Assembly (NCBI GenBank): GCA_022842305.1
Contig: JALHPY010000011.1
Span: 1,227 to 65,226 of the forward strand
Length of the DNA: 64,000 nt
Direction: 5' to 3'
Source of the DNA: Rubrivivax sp.
Lineage (GTDB): Bacteria; Pseudomonadota; Gammaproteobacteria; Burkholderiales; Burkholderiaceae_C
Shown here piece by piece: positions 1 to 10,048 of the stretch (position 1 is its first letter; every line of letters begins with the position of its first letter). Under the pieces are notes generated by a model that was not told the DNA's origin, made no database searches, and was given only the letters and a program-made list of their open reading frames with translations. A program made the position numbers and the translations under genes.

Positions 1-371
1 GCGCGCACGTGTGGAACACCTTCGATGCGCACCGCCTGCTGCACTGGGCCGGGCTGCAAGGCCCCCCCGGCAGCCAGCGCGCGCTCAAGCACGCGCTGCT
101 GCAGGCCTATCACGGCCAGGGTCGCAACCCCGGCGCCACCGATGTGCTGCTGGAACTGGCGGCCGGCGTCGGCCTGGATGTCGAGGCCGCGCGCGCGGTG
201 CTGGCCAGCGACGCCTACACCGAAGAAGTGCGCCAGGCCGAGCAGTTCTGGCAGCGCGCCGGCATCCATTCGGTGCCGGCCGTCGTCATCGACCGCAAGC
301 ACCTGATCCAGGGTGGCCAGCCGCCCGAGGTGTTCGAGCAGGCGCTGCGCCGCATCGCTGCCGGCGGCTGA
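1..371 (+). CDS. DsbA/FrnE-family thiol:disulfide oxidoreductase, C-terminal part (5' end lies outside the window)
   Basis: The frame of ORF 9..371 stays open to base 1. The translation (...NTFDAHRLLHWA...GIHSVPAVVIDRKHLIQGGQPPEVFEQAL) resembles the C-terminal half of DsbA-like thioredoxin-fold proteins. Confidence 0.6.
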   Translation, partial: AHVWNTFDAHRLLHWAGLQGPPGSQRALKHALLQAYHGQGRNPGATDVLLELAAGVGLDVEAARAVLASDAYTEEVRQAEQFWQRAGIHSVPAVVIDRKHLIQGGQPPEVFEQALRRIAAGG

Positions 372-463
372 GCAAGGCGGCCGGCAGCGCCCGCCGCGCC
401 CGCCGCAGCAGAATCGTGTCCGATGCGCCCGCGCCCCTGCCTGCCCGCCCCGCCGCGCCCTGC

Positions 464-991
464 ATGAGCGGGAGCACCGTGCCGAGCCCGCCCGGGCCGC
501 CGCGCGCCGTGGCCCGCATCGAGCACTTCACGCGCCAGGTGGCGCTGGCCGGCGTGGCGCTGCTGCTGTTGTGCGCGCTGCTCAGCTGCGCCGACATCGC
601 CACGCGCCGCCTGCTGCAGCTCAACCTGGCCGGCATGGTCGACCTGACGCAGCTGCTGGTGATGGCCAGCGCCTTCCTGTGCATCCCGCTCAGCTTTGCG
701 CGCGAGGCGCAGATCGAGGTCGACTTCGTCACCAGCCGGCTGCCGCCGCGCGCCCACGCGCTGCTGCGCTGCGTTACCGCGCTGGCCGCGGCCGGCTTCA
801 TGGCCGCGGTGACGCTGGCCACGGCCGACGGCGCGCTGCAGGCGTTGCGCAACGGCGACCGCTCGGCCACGCTGGCCCTGCCCCTGCTCTGGTACTGGGC
901 GCCCGTGGTGGCCGGCTGCGCGCTGTCGGTGCTGGCCTGCGCCGCGGTGGCGTTGGCGCAAGGGCTGCGCGCGCTGCCGGGGCGGGCGTGA
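464..991 (+). CDS. TRAP transporter small permease (DctQ family)
   Basis: ATG at 464 inside ORF 11..991. About 175 aa and hydrophobic, with roughly 4 TM segments. Its stop overlaps the GTG start of the following DctM-type gene. Confidence 0.75.
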   Translation: MSGSTVPSPPGPPRAVARIEHFTRQVALAGVALLLLCALLSCADIATRRLLQLNLAGMVDLTQLLVMASAFLCIPLSFAREAQIEVDFVTSRLPPRAHALLRCVTALAAAGFMAAVTLATADGALQALRNGDRSATLALPLLWYWAPVVAGCALSVLACAAVALAQGLRALPGRA

Positions 992-2283
992 CCCTGGGCC
1001 CGCTGGCCGGCGTGCTGGCCTTTGCGCTGGTGCTGCTGCTGATCCTGCTGCAGGTGCCGGTGGCCGTGGCCATGGGCCTGGTGGGGCTGGTGGCCATCAC
1101 GCTGAGCGACGGTTGGGGCACGGCCGGCTTCATGCTCGGGCGCTCGGCCTTCGACGCCGCGTTTCCCTATGCGCTGTCGGTGGTGCCGCTGTTCGTGGCC
1201 ATGGGCGTGGTGGCGGCGCGCGGCGGGCTGGGGCGCTCGCTGTACACGCTGGTGGCCACGCTGCTGGGGCACCGCCGCGGCGGGCTGGCGCACGCCACCA
1301 TTGCCGCCTGCGCCGGCTTCGGCGCCATCTGCGGCTCCAGCATCGCCACCGCCGCCACCATGGGCCGCATCGCCCTGCCCGAGATGCGCGCGCGCGGCTA
1401 CGCCGACTCGCTGGCCGCGGCATCGGTGGTGGCCGGCGGCACGCTGGGGGCGATGATCCCGCCCTCCATCTTCTTCGCGCTGTACGCGGTGTTGACCGGG
1501 CAGTCCATCGGCCAGCTGTTCCTGGCCGGGGTGCTGCCGGGGCTGCTGGGCGCCGGCCTGTACATGCTGGCCGTGGCCTGGACCGTGCACCGCCACCCCG
1601 GGCACGCGCCACCCGGGCCGCGCAGCAGCAAGGTCGAACGCCTGGCCGCGCTGCGCCAGGTGTGGCCGGTGGCGCTGCTGTTCGGCCTGGTGATCGGCGG
1701 CATCGTGCTGGGCTGGTTCGCGCCCACCGAGGCCGCGGCCGTGGGCCTGGTGGGCGCGCTGGTGCTGGGCGCGCGCGGCCTGCGGCGCGAGCAGCGCGCG
1801 CTGGCGCTGACCGAGATCGCGCTGACCACCGGCATGATCTTCACGCTGCTGATCGGCGCCAACCTCTTCAACTACTTCATCGAATCCACCCGGCTCACCG
1901 ACGCGCTGATCGACGCCGTGGCCGCGCTGGGCCTGAACCGCTGGGTGGTGATCGCGCTGCTGATGCTGTTCTACATCGTGCTGGGCGCGCTGATGGACGA
2001 GGTCTCGATGATCCTGCTGACCGTGGCGCCGGCCTACGCGCTGGTCACCGGCCTGGGCTTCGACCCGATCTGGTTCGGCGTGATGCTGGTCACCGTGTGC
2101 GAGATCGGCATGATCGTGCCGCCGGTGGGCATGAACCTGTTCGTGGTGCAGCGCGTGGGGGGCCTGAGCCTGCGCACCGTGGTTTCAGGGGTCACGCCCT
2201 TTGTGCTGGCCGACGTCGCCCGGCTGCTGCTGCTGTGCCTGCTGCCCGGGCTGGCCACCTGGCTGCCCCAGGCCCTGGGCTGA
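988..2283 (+). CDS. TRAP transporter large permease (DctM family)
   Basis: GTG at 988 (GTGA overlap with the upstream stop) inside ORF 313..2283. 431-aa polytopic membrane protein with DctM-like sequence (...GSSIATAATMGRIALPEM...MIVPPVGMNLFV...). Confidence 0.85.
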   Translation: MTLGPLAGVLAFALVLLLILLQVPVAVAMGLVGLVAITLSDGWGTAGFMLGRSAFDAAFPYALSVVPLFVAMGVVAARGGLGRSLYTLVATLLGHRRGGLAHATIAACAGFGAICGSSIATAATMGRIALPEMRARGYADSLAAASVVAGGTLGAMIPPSIFFALYAVLTGQSIGQLFLAGVLPGLLGAGLYMLAVAWTVHRHPGHAPPGPRSSKVERLAALRQVWPVALLFGLVIGGIVLGWFAPTEAAAVGLVGALVLGARGLRREQRALALTEIALTTGMIFTLLIGANLFNYFIESTRLTDALIDAVAALGLNRWVVIALLMLFYIVLGALMDEVSMILLTVAPAYALVTGLGFDPIWFGVMLVTVCEIGMIVPPVGMNLFVVQRVGGLSLRTVVSGVTPFVLADVARLLLLCLLPGLATWLPQALG

Positions 2284-2391
2284 TCGGAGCCCCTATTTCG
2301 AAACACTGAAGGCCGCGGGCCGCAGCAGAATCGGACGCTGCGCCTGGCCGATTCACCGTGCCTTGCCGGGCCTGCCGTATCGAGGTCGAAC

Positions 2392-2733
2392 ATGCATGAG
2401 ATGTCGCTGGCCGAAAGCGTGCGCGAGATCGTCGAAGACACGGCGCGCCAGCACGGCGCGCAACGCGTGTCCGCGGTGCGGCTGGAGATCGGCGCGCTGG
2501 CGCAGGTCGAGGCCGAAGCGCTGCGCTTTGCCTTCGACGTGGTGATGCGCGGCTCGCTGGCCGAGTCGGCGCGACTGGACGTGGTGCACACACTGGGCAC
2601 GGCCTGGTGCCCGCGCTGCTCGACGTCGGTGAGCGTCGCCGCGCGCGGCGAGCCCTGCCCGCACTGCGACAGCTACCAGTTGCAGGTGACCGGCGGCGAC
2701 CGCATGCGTGTCGTGGATATCGAAATCGAGTGA
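2392..2733 (+). CDS. hypA: Hydrogenase nickel-insertion protein HypA
   Basis: 113 aa. N-terminal MHE nickel motif and a Zn site CPRC...CPHC. Confidence 0.92.
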   Translation: MHEMSLAESVREIVEDTARQHGAQRVSAVRLEIGALAQVEAEALRFAFDVVMRGSLAESARLDVVHTLGTAWCPRCSTSVSVAARGEPCPHCDSYQLQVTGGDRMRVVDIEIE

Positions 2734-2746
2734 GAGGATCAGACCC

Positions 2747-3643
2747 ATGTGCACGACCTGCGGCTGCGGCAGCGGCCAGACCCGCATCGAAGGCCGAACG
2801 CCCGATCACACACCCGGCCACACCCACACCCACGCCGACGGCAGCACCCACAGCCACGTGCACGACGCCGGGCACGACCATGTGCACCACCAGGCCGAAG
2901 GCCTGGTGCACTACGGCACCGGTGCCGCGGGCGCCTCGGCGCCGGGCATGACGCAGGCGCGCATGGTGCAGATCGAGCGCGACATCCTGGCCAAGAACGA
3001 CGGCGCGGCGCAGCGCAACCGTGCCTGGCTGGCCGCGCGCGGCATCTTCGCGCTCAACCTGGTCAGCAGCCCGGGCTCGGGCAAGACCACGCTGCTGGTG
3101 CGCACCATCGAACTGCTGCGCCAGCGCCTGGCCATCAGCGTGATCGAGGGCGACCAGCAGACCAGCTTCGACGCCGACCGCATCCGCGCCACCGGCGCCC
3201 CCGCGCTGCAGATCAACACCGGCAAGGGCTGCCACCTCGATGCCGAGATGGTGGCCAGCGCGCTGCAGCGCCTGGCACCTGCGCCGGGCTCCGTGCTGAT
3301 GATCGAGAACGTCGGCAACCTGGTGTGCCCGGCCGGCTTCGACCTGGGCGAGGCGCACAAGGTGGTGGTGCTGTCGGTGACCGAGGGCGAGGACAAGCCG
3401 CTCAAGTACCCCGACATGTTCCACGCCGCGTCGCTGATGCTGCTGAACAAGGCCGACCTGCTGCCGCACCTGCGCTTCGACGTGGCGCGCTGCCTGGACA
3501 ACGCGCGCCGCGTCAACCCGCGCATAGAGATCGTGCAGCTGTCAGCCACCACCGACGCCGGCATGGACGAGTGGCTGGCGTGGATAGAGCGTGGCGCTGC
3601 GGCCGCGCGTGCTGCCGCGCCCGGCGCCGCCCAGCCGGCCTGA
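2747..3643 (+). CDS. hypB: Hydrogenase nickel-incorporation GTPase HypB with His-rich tract
   Basis: ATG at 2747 gives an N-terminal MCTTCGCG (CXXCGC) motif. There is a His-rich stretch ([28 protein letters not shown]) and a P-loop ([11 protein letters not shown]). Confidence 0.93.
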   Translation: MCTTCGCGSGQTRIEGRTPDHTPGHTHTHADGSTHSHVHDAGHDHVHHQAEGLVHYGTGAAGASAPGMTQARMVQIERDILAKNDGAAQRNRAWLAARGIFALNLVSSPGSGKTTLLVRTIELLRQRLAISVIEGDQQTSFDADRIRATGAPALQINTGKGCHLDAEMVASALQRLAPAPGSVLMIENVGNLVCPAGFDLGEAHKVVVLSVTEGEDKPLKYPDMFHAASLMLLNKADLLPHLRFDVARCLDNARRVNPRIEIVQLSATTDAGMDEWLAWIERGAAAARAAAPGAAQPA

Positions 3644-3647
3644 AGCC

Positions 3648-5945
3648 ATGCAGCGCTGCGCCATCCGCGTGCGCGGCGCAGTGCAGGGCGTGGGCTTCAG
3701 GCCCTTCGTCTACCGCGTGGCACTGGAACTGGGGCTCAGCGGTTGGGTGCTGAACGACGCCGAGGGTGTGGCCATCGAGGCCCAGGGCACGGCGGCGCAG
3801 TTGCAGGACTTCGCGCTGCGCCTGCGCCGCGACGCGCCGCCGCGTGCGCGCGTGGATGCGCTGGAGCAGCAGCCTTGCCCGGTACACATCGGTGCCGACG
3901 GCTTTGCCATCCACCCCAGCCGCGGCGGCGCGGTCAAGACCGGCGTGGTGCCCGACACCGCCACCTGCGACGACTGCCTGGCCGAACTGTTCGACCCCGC
4001 CGACCGGCGCCACCGCTACGCCTTCATCAACTGCACGCAGTGCGGCCCGCGCTACACCATCACGCGCGCGCTGCCCTATGACCGCGCGCAGACCAGCATG
4101 GCGGCCTTCGCGCAATGCCCGCGCTGCCTGGCCGAGTACCGCGACCCGCTGCACCGGCGCTTCCACGCCGAGCCCAACGCCTGCCCCGACTGCGGCCCCG
4201 CGCTGCGCCTGGTGGATGCGCACGGCCGGCCGCTGCCGGGTGACCCCCTCTTCGCCACGCTGGCGCTGCTGCGGGGCGGAGCCATCGTCGCCATCAAGGG
4301 CCTGGGCGGCTACCACCTGGCCTGCGACGCGCAGCAGCCCGCCGCAGTGGCCACGCTGCGCCAGCGCAAGCAGCGCGAGGAGAAGCCCTTTGCGGTGATG
4401 GCGGCCGATCTGCCCTCTGCGTTGCATTGGGTGCAGGCCGACGCGCAAGCCCAGGCGCTGCTGGCCGGCCCCGAGCGCCCGGTGCTGCTGCTGCCGCAGC
4501 AGCCCGGGGTCGGCGCGCGGCTGCCAGGCGTGGCGCCGGGGCTCACGCAGCTGGGCATGATGCTGCCCTGCACACCGATCCAGCACTTGCTGTTCCACGA
4601 GGCCGCGGGAATTCATAACGTCAAAACTGCGGACCATTCTTGCCCTGCGCCGAGCCTGCTGCTGGTGATGACCAGCGCCAACCCCGGCGGCGAGCCCATC
4701 GTCTGCGCCGACGACGACGCGCTGGAGCGTCTGCGCGACATCGCCGACGCGCTGCTGCTGCACGACCGCGAGATCGTGGCGCGCTGCGACGACAGCGTGC
4801 TGCGCATCGCTGCCGGCGGTGCGCCGCAGTTCGTGCGTCGCGCACGCGGCTGGACGCCGCGGGCCATACAACTGCCGCGCGCCGGCCCGCCGGTGCTGGC
4901 CACTGGCGCCTGGCTCAAGAACACCGTGTGCGTCACGCGCGACGACCAGGCCTTCCTGTCGCCGCACGTGGGCGATCTGGACAACGTGGCCACCTGCGCC
5001 GCGCTGGAAGAGGCGGTAGAACACCTCTGCCGCGTGCTCGACGTGCAGCCGCGCGCCGTGGCCCACGACCTGCACCCCGATTTCTTCAGCACGCGCTTTG
5101 CGGCCGCCTACGCGCAACAGCACGGCCTGCGCTGCCACGCGGTGCAGCACCACCATGCGCACATCGCCGCCATCGCCGCCGAACATGGCGTGCGTGAGCC
5201 GCTGCTGGGCCTGGCACTCGACGGCGTGGGCCTGGGCGACGACGGCGCGGCCTGGGGCGGCGAGCTGCTGCGCGTGGACGGCGGGGCCTGCCAGCGCCTG
5301 GGCCATCTGCGCCCGCTGGCCCTGCCCGGCGGCGAAGTCGCGGCGCGCGAACCCTGGCGCCTGGCCGCAGCCGTGCTGCACGCGCTGGGCCGCGGCGACG
5401 AGATCGAAGCGCGCTGGCCCGAACGCCCGGCCGCGGCGCCAGTGGCGCAGATGCTGCAGCACGGCCTGCGCTGCCCGCCCAGCAGCAGCCTGGGCCGCTG
5501 CTTCGACGCCGCCGCCGCGCTGCTGGGCGTGCGCGAAGTACAGGCCTTCGAAGGCCAGGCGCCGATGCTGCTGGAGGCGCTGGTGCACGACGCGCCCGCG
5601 CCTGCTATCGGCCTGGTGGAGCTGGGCAGCAGCGGCCAGCTGGACCCGCTGCCGCTGCTGGCGCGCCTGGCCGACGAACCCGACGCGGCGCGCGGCGCCA
5701 CGCTGTTCCACGCGGAGCTGGTGGACGGCCTGGCGCGCTGGGCTGCGCAGGCCGCAGAATCCACCGGCTTGCGCGCCGTGGCGCTGGGCGGCGGCTGCTT
5801 CCTCAACGCGCGGCTGTCGGCGGGGCTGGTGGCGGCGCTGCAGGCGCGGGGCCTGCAGGCGCTGCAGGCGCGCCAGGCCCCGCCCAATGATGGCGGCATC
5901 GCCCTGGGCCAGGCCTGGGTGGCGCTGTGCCGAGAAGGAGACTGA
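3648..5945 (+). CDS. hypF: Carbamoyltransferase HypF
   Basis: ATG at 3648. Acylphosphatase-like N-terminus ([17 protein letters not shown]), two Zn-finger pairs (CDDC...[10 protein letters not shown] and CPRC...CPDCGP), then YrdC-like and Kae1-like regions. Confidence 0.93.
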   Translation: MQRCAIRVRGAVQGVGFRPFVYRVALELGLSGWVLNDAEGVAIEAQGTAAQLQDFALRLRRDAPPRARVDALEQQPCPVHIGADGFAIHPSRGGAVKTGVVPDTATCDDCLAELFDPADRRHRYAFINCTQCGPRYTITRALPYDRAQTSMAAFAQCPRCLAEYRDPLHRRFHAEPNACPDCGPALRLVDAHGRPLPGDPLFATLALLRGGAIVAIKGLGGYHLACDAQQPAAVATLRQRKQREEKPFAVMAADLPSALHWVQADAQAQALLAGPERPVLLLPQQPGVGARLPGVAPGLTQLGMMLPCTPIQHLLFHEAAGIHNVKTADHSCPAPSLLLVMTSANPGGEPIVCADDDALERLRDIADALLLHDREIVARCDDSVLRIAAGGAPQFVRRARGWTPRAIQLPRAGPPVLATGAWLKNTVCVTRDDQAFLSPHVGDLDNVATCAALEEAVEHLCRVLDVQPRAVAHDLHPDFFSTRFAAAYAQQHGLRCHAVQHHHAHIAAIAAEHGVREPLLGLALDGVGLGDDGAAWGGELLRVDGGACQRLGHLRPLALPGGEVAAREPWRLAAAVLHALGRGDEIEARWPERPAAAPVAQMLQHGLRCPPSSSLGRCFDAAAALLGVREVQAFEGQAPMLLEALVHDAPAPAIGLVELGSSGQLDPLPLLARLADEPDAARGATLFHAELVDGLARWAAQAAESTGLRAVALGGGCFLNARLSAGLVAALQARGLQALQARQAPPNDGGIALGQAWVALCREGD

Positions 5946-5949
5946 AGCG

Positions 5950-6189
5950 ATGTGTCTGGCGATACCCGTGCGCGTGGTCGAACTGGTGGGCGATGAAGGC
6001 GCCATCGTCGATCTGGAGGGCATACGCAAGACCATCTCGCTGGCACTGGTCGATGGCGTGCAGGTGGGCGATTACGTCATCCTGCACGTGGGCTATGCGC
6101 TGTCGCGCCTGGACCCCGAAGAGGCGGCGCGCACGCTGGCGCTGTTTGCCCAGGCCGGCCTGAGCGTGGGTGGCGCCGCCGCGCCATGA
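5950..6189 (+). CDS. hypC: Hydrogenase assembly chaperone HypC
   Basis: 79 aa starting MCLAIPVRV, with the essential Cys at position 2. It lies between hypF and hypD. Confidence 0.9.
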   Translation: MCLAIPVRVVELVGDEGAIVDLEGIRKTISLALVDGVQVGDYVILHVGYALSRLDPEEAARTLALFAQAGLSVGGAAAP

Positions 6190-7334
6190 AGTACATAGCC
6201 GAATTCCGCGACGGCGACGTGGCGCAGGGCATGGCGCGCGCCATCGCGGCCGAAGCGCGCAGCGACCGCCGCTACCACTTCATGGAGTTCTGCGGCGGCC
6301 ACACCCACGCCATCTCGCGCTACGGCGTGGCCGACCTGCTGCCGCCGCCGCTGCGCATGATCCACGGCCCCGGCTGCCCGGTGTGCGTGCTGCCCATCGG
6401 CCGCATCGATCTGGCCATTCAACTGGTGCTGCAGCGCGGGGCCATCGTCGCCACCTATGGCGACTGCCTGCGCGTGCCGGCCTCGGGCGGGCTGTCGCTG
6501 ATCAAGGCCAAGGCCCGAGCCCGTGACGGCGGCGACGTGCGCATGGTGTATTCGCCGGCCGACGTGCTGAAGATCGCGCAGGACAACCCGGGGCGCGAGG
6601 TCGTGTTCTTCGCCATCGGCTTCGAGACCACCACGCCGCCCACGGCCCTGGTCATCAAACAGGCGGCGGCGCTGGGCCTGGCCAACTTCAGCGTGCTGTG
6701 CAACCACGTGCTCACACCGGCGGCTATCGGCCACATCCTCGAGTCGCCCGAGGCGCGGCAGTTGGGCACGCTGGCGCTGGACGGCTTCATCGGCCCGGCA
6801 CACGTGTCCACGGTGATCGGCAGCCAGCCCTACGAGCGCTGCGCCGAGGTGTACCGCATGCCGGTGGTCATTGCCGGCTTCGAGCCGCTGGACGTGATGC
6901 TGGCCATCCTGATGCTGGTGCGCCAGGTCAACGAGGGCCGGGCCGAGGTCGAAAACGAGTTCCGCCGCGCCGTCACGCGCCACGGCAACGCCAAGGCGCA
7001 GGCCCTGGTGTCCGAGGTCTTCGAGTTGCGCCCCAGCTTCGAGTGGCGCGGCCTGGGCGCCGTGCCCGACAGCGCGCTGCGCATCCGCGAGGCCTTTGCC
7101 GGCTTCGACGCCGAGCGCCGTTTCGACCTGGTGACGCAAGCCGTGGCCGACAACAAGGCCTGCGAATGCGGCGCCATCCTGCGCGGCGTGAAGCACCCGC
7201 GCGACTGCAAGGTGTTCGGCACGGTGTGCACGCCCGAGAACCCCATCGGCTCGTGCATGGTCTCGTCCGAAGGCGCGTGCGCGGCGCACTACAGCTACGG
7301 CCGCTTCAAGGACGTGCCGGTCGTGGCGGTCTGA
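6186..7334 (+). CDS. hypD: Hydrogenase maturation Fe-S protein HypD
   Basis: 382 aa, with MKYIAEFRD..., FCGGHTHAI and GPGCPVCV motifs. 4-nt overlap with hypC. Confidence 0.93.
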   Translation: MKYIAEFRDGDVAQGMARAIAAEARSDRRYHFMEFCGGHTHAISRYGVADLLPPPLRMIHGPGCPVCVLPIGRIDLAIQLVLQRGAIVATYGDCLRVPASGGLSLIKAKARARDGGDVRMVYSPADVLKIAQDNPGREVVFFAIGFETTTPPTALVIKQAAALGLANFSVLCNHVLTPAAIGHILESPEARQLGTLALDGFIGPAHVSTVIGSQPYERCAEVYRMPVVIAGFEPLDVMLAILMLVRQVNEGRAEVENEFRRAVTRHGNAKAQALVSEVFELRPSFEWRGLGAVPDSALRIREAFAGFDAERRFDLVTQAVADNKACECGAILRGVKHPRDCKVFGTVCTPENPIGSCMVSSEGACAAHYSYGRFKDVPVVAV

Positions 7335-7399
7335 TTTCACGCCCCGGGCGGCCCGCCCGTGGTGCCCGCGCTGCAGCGCCGCGCAGGCTTTGCGCTACC

Positions 7400-7413
7400 T
7401 TGTCCAACATCAA
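7400..7413. promoter_or_regulatory. FNR/CRP-family-like box TTGTCcaacATCAA (8/10 to TTGAT-N4-ATCAA)
   Basis: AT-rich dyad about 90 bp upstream of the ATG at 7504, in otherwise very GC-rich DNA. Confidence 0.3.
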
Positions 7414-7503
7414 GAGGCCTGTCGTGGGCCTGACGAGAATGGCGCGGCATAGCCCGTGTGGCCCGGCGTTCGCCGCGCTCACGCGTGCACAGACGGGGTC
7501 ATC

Positions 7504-9624
7504 ATGACGGGGTTCATCGCAAAGTTTTCTGCAGGCGCTGCCACGGCGCGCCTGGCCACGGCTCTGGCGGCCTGCATGCTGCTGGCCTGGCCCGCGGCGC
7601 CGCTGCACGCGCAGGGCAAGGCTGAAGCGGCCGCAGCCATCGCGGCCGCAGCGCCCGCCACGGCGGCTTCTGCGGCGCTCAAGCAGAAGTGCCTGGACTG
7701 CCACGACGACCCCAAGGTCGAGTCCGAGGCCGGCAAGTCCATGACGGTGCTGGCCGACGACTTCCAGCGTTCGGCGCACCGCAAGCTCGACTGCACCGAC
7801 TGCCACGTCACCGGCGTCACCACCAAGCACCCCAAGGAGCCGCTGGGCACCGTCAAGCCCGACGTCTGCCAGGAATGCCACGCCGACGAGTTCAAGGCCA
7901 TCGCCGGCAGCATCCACGGCCGCCGCGCCCAGGGCGACAAGGCGGTGAAGGATTGCATGGGCTGCCACGACAGCCTGCACCTGGTGCGCAAGAGCGGTGA
8001 CCCGGCCTCGACGCTGTCGCCGGTGAACCAGATCAAGACCTGTGGCGCCTGCCACGAGGAGATGATGACCAACTACGAGCGCAGCGAACACGCGCATGCG
8101 CTGCTCAAGGCCGGCCTGACCGAGGGCGCGCCCTCGTGCTCATCGTGCCACGGCAAGCACGACATCCACACCAAGGACGAGGTAGACGCCACCACCCACC
8201 ACACCAAGATCCCCGACACCTGCGGCAAGTGCCACACCGGCATCCTGCGCGAGTGGCAGGAAAGCGTGCACGGCGAACTCTGGAAGAAGAGCGGCAACGG
8301 CGACAAGAAGGCCGACGGGGGCCCGGTGTGCTCGACCTGCCACGAGCCGCACGCCATCCGCAACACCGACTTCGCGCCGGTGCGCGGCCAGGTGGCCGAC
8401 CGCTGCGGCAACTGCCACGAGAAAGTGGCCAGCAGCTTCAAGGACAGTTTCCACGGCAAGGCCACCTCGCTCAACAACCGCAAGGCCGCAGCCTGCGCCG
8501 ACTGCCACACGCCGCACCACAACCTGCCCGCGTCCGACCCGCGCTCCAGCATCCACCCGGACAACCTGGCCAAGACCTGCGGTGCCTGCCACCAGAACGT
8601 CAACGCCTCGTTCCTGACCTTCGACCCGCACGCCGACCCGCGGGATCCCGAGCGCAGCGCCATCCTCTACTGGATGTGGCTGGGCATGACCTCGCTGCTG
8701 ATCGGCGTGTTCGGCTTCTTCGGCCTGCACGGCCTGCTGTGGATGCAGCGCGCGCTGGTGGGCAAGCTGCGCGGCGAGTTCGCCTTCGGCCACACCGGCG
8801 ACGGCCCCTACGTGCGCCGCTTCAGCAAGATGCAGATGGGCGTGCACGTGACCATCGTCACCAGCTTCCTGCTGCTGGCGGCCACCGGCCTGCCGCTGAA
8901 GTTTGCTGCCGCGCCCTGGGCGCCCCATGTGATGTCGCTGTTCGGCGGCGCCGAGACCGCGGCCTCGCTGCACCACCTGGCCGGCCTGGTGACCTTCGGC
9001 TACTTTGCCTGGCACCTGGGCATGCTGGTGCACGGCTGGTTCGTCAAGAAGGAGCGCGACTACTTCTGGGGCCCCAACTCCATGGTGCCGCAGCCCAAGG
9101 ATCTGTTCGACTTCATCGGCATGATCAAGTACTTCTTCTATCTCGGGCCCAAGCCCAAGTTCGACCGCTTCACCTACTGGGAGAAGTTCGACTACCTGGC
9201 GGTGTTCTGGGGGGTGGCGATCATCGGCCTGTCGGGCCTGGTGCTGTGGCAGCCCACGGCGGCCACCATGGTGCTGCCGGGCTGGGCGCTGAACGCGGCC
9301 TACCTGGTGCACAGCGACGAGGCCCTGCTGGCCACCGGCTTCATCTTCCTGTTCCACTTCTTCCACACCCACCTGCGGCCCGAGGCCTTCCCGCTGGACC
9401 CGGTGGTCTTCGTCGGCTGCATGCCGCTCGAGCGCTTCAAGGCCGAGCGCACCATGGAGTACGAACGCCTGGTGGCCAGCGGCAAGCTCGACGACTACCT
9501 GGTGCCCGCGCCCACCGCGGCCGAGATGCGCAAGGCGCACATCTTCGGCTTCACCGCCGTCACCATCGGCGTGGTGCTGGCCTGCTTCATCTTCTGGGCG
9601 CTGCTGACGGGCCTGGTGCACTGA
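7504..9624 (+). CDS. Fusion cytochrome: periplasmic 11-haem c-type domain plus C-terminal 6-TM b-type-cytochrome-like membrane domain (CbcL-like quinol/quinone oxidoreductase candidate)
   Basis: ATG at 7504, followed by a signal peptide. Eleven CXXCH motifs (CLDCH, CTDCH, CQECH, CMGCH, CGACH, CSSCH, CGKCH, CSTCH, CGNCH, CADCH, CGACH). The C-terminal third has about six hydrophobic helices with conserved His residues. Confidence 0.75.
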   Translation: MTGFIAKFSAGAATARLATALAACMLLAWPAAPLHAQGKAEAAAAIAAAAPATAASAALKQKCLDCHDDPKVESEAGKSMTVLADDFQRSAHRKLDCTDCHVTGVTTKHPKEPLGTVKPDVCQECHADEFKAIAGSIHGRRAQGDKAVKDCMGCHDSLHLVRKSGDPASTLSPVNQIKTCGACHEEMMTNYERSEHAHALLKAGLTEGAPSCSSCHGKHDIHTKDEVDATTHHTKIPDTCGKCHTGILREWQESVHGELWKKSGNGDKKADGGPVCSTCHEPHAIRNTDFAPVRGQVADRCGNCHEKVASSFKDSFHGKATSLNNRKAAACADCHTPHHNLPASDPRSSIHPDNLAKTCGACHQNVNASFLTFDPHADPRDPERSAILYWMWLGMTSLLIGVFGFFGLHGLLWMQRALVGKLRGEFAFGHTGDGPYVRRFSKMQMGVHVTIVTSFLLLAATGLPLKFAAAPWAPHVMSLFGGAETAASLHHLAGLVTFGYFAWHLGMLVHGWFVKKERDYFWGPNSMVPQPKDLFDFIGMIKYFFYLGPKPKFDRFTYWEKFDYLAVFWGVAIIGLSGLVLWQPTAATMVLPGWALNAAYLVHSDEALLATGFIFLFHFFHTHLRPEAFPLDPVVFVGCMPLERFKAERTMEYERLVASGKLDDYLVPAPTAAEMRKAHIFGFTAVTIGVVLACFIFWALLTGLVH

Positions 9625-9642
9625 CAGCGGCAGGTCCTCGAG

Positions 9643-9677
9643 GGCCGGGACAGGTGTTCAGCCTGTCCCGGCCTTTT
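9643..9677 (+). terminator. Rho-independent terminator after the CbcL-like gene
   Basis: 12-bp perfect stem GGCCGGGACAGG/CCTGTCCCGGCC with a 7-nt loop, followed by TTTT. Confidence 0.7.
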
Positions 9678-9971
9678 CACGTCCGGTGGCGGAAGGCCGT
9701 GCGCTGCGGCGTGCTGTGCGGCGTCCATCGGTAGCGCAGCGCCGCGTGCAGGGGCTGCAAGCCGATGGCGCCGGGGCTTGCGCAGGATCGTCCGCAACGC
9801 GCCCGGCCTGGCTGCCGGCCTTGCCTGCCACGACGGCCGCAACCGGGCCAAGCGCCCGATCGGCCGCCTGCGCCCCGCAGGCCCCGTGCCACCCAGCGGT
9901 CACCACCACGCGGCAAGCGGCGCTGCGCCCACCCCCCCGGCCGCCTGCGCGCGCCCGGGGTTCTGGCTCCC

Positions 9972-10011
9972 ACCAAAACAGAAGCGCCGCCGGGGTCTCC
10001 CCCGGCGGCGC
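9972..10011 (-). terminator. Rho-independent terminator after the ImcH-like gene
   Basis: 12-bp perfect stem GCGCCGCCGGGG/CCCCGGCGGCGC with a 4-nt loop. On the minus strand it is followed by TTCTGTTTTGG. Confidence 0.65.
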
Positions 10012-10048
10012 CTTGATCGGTGCAGCCGGCCCAGGCGCCGGCGCTGCT

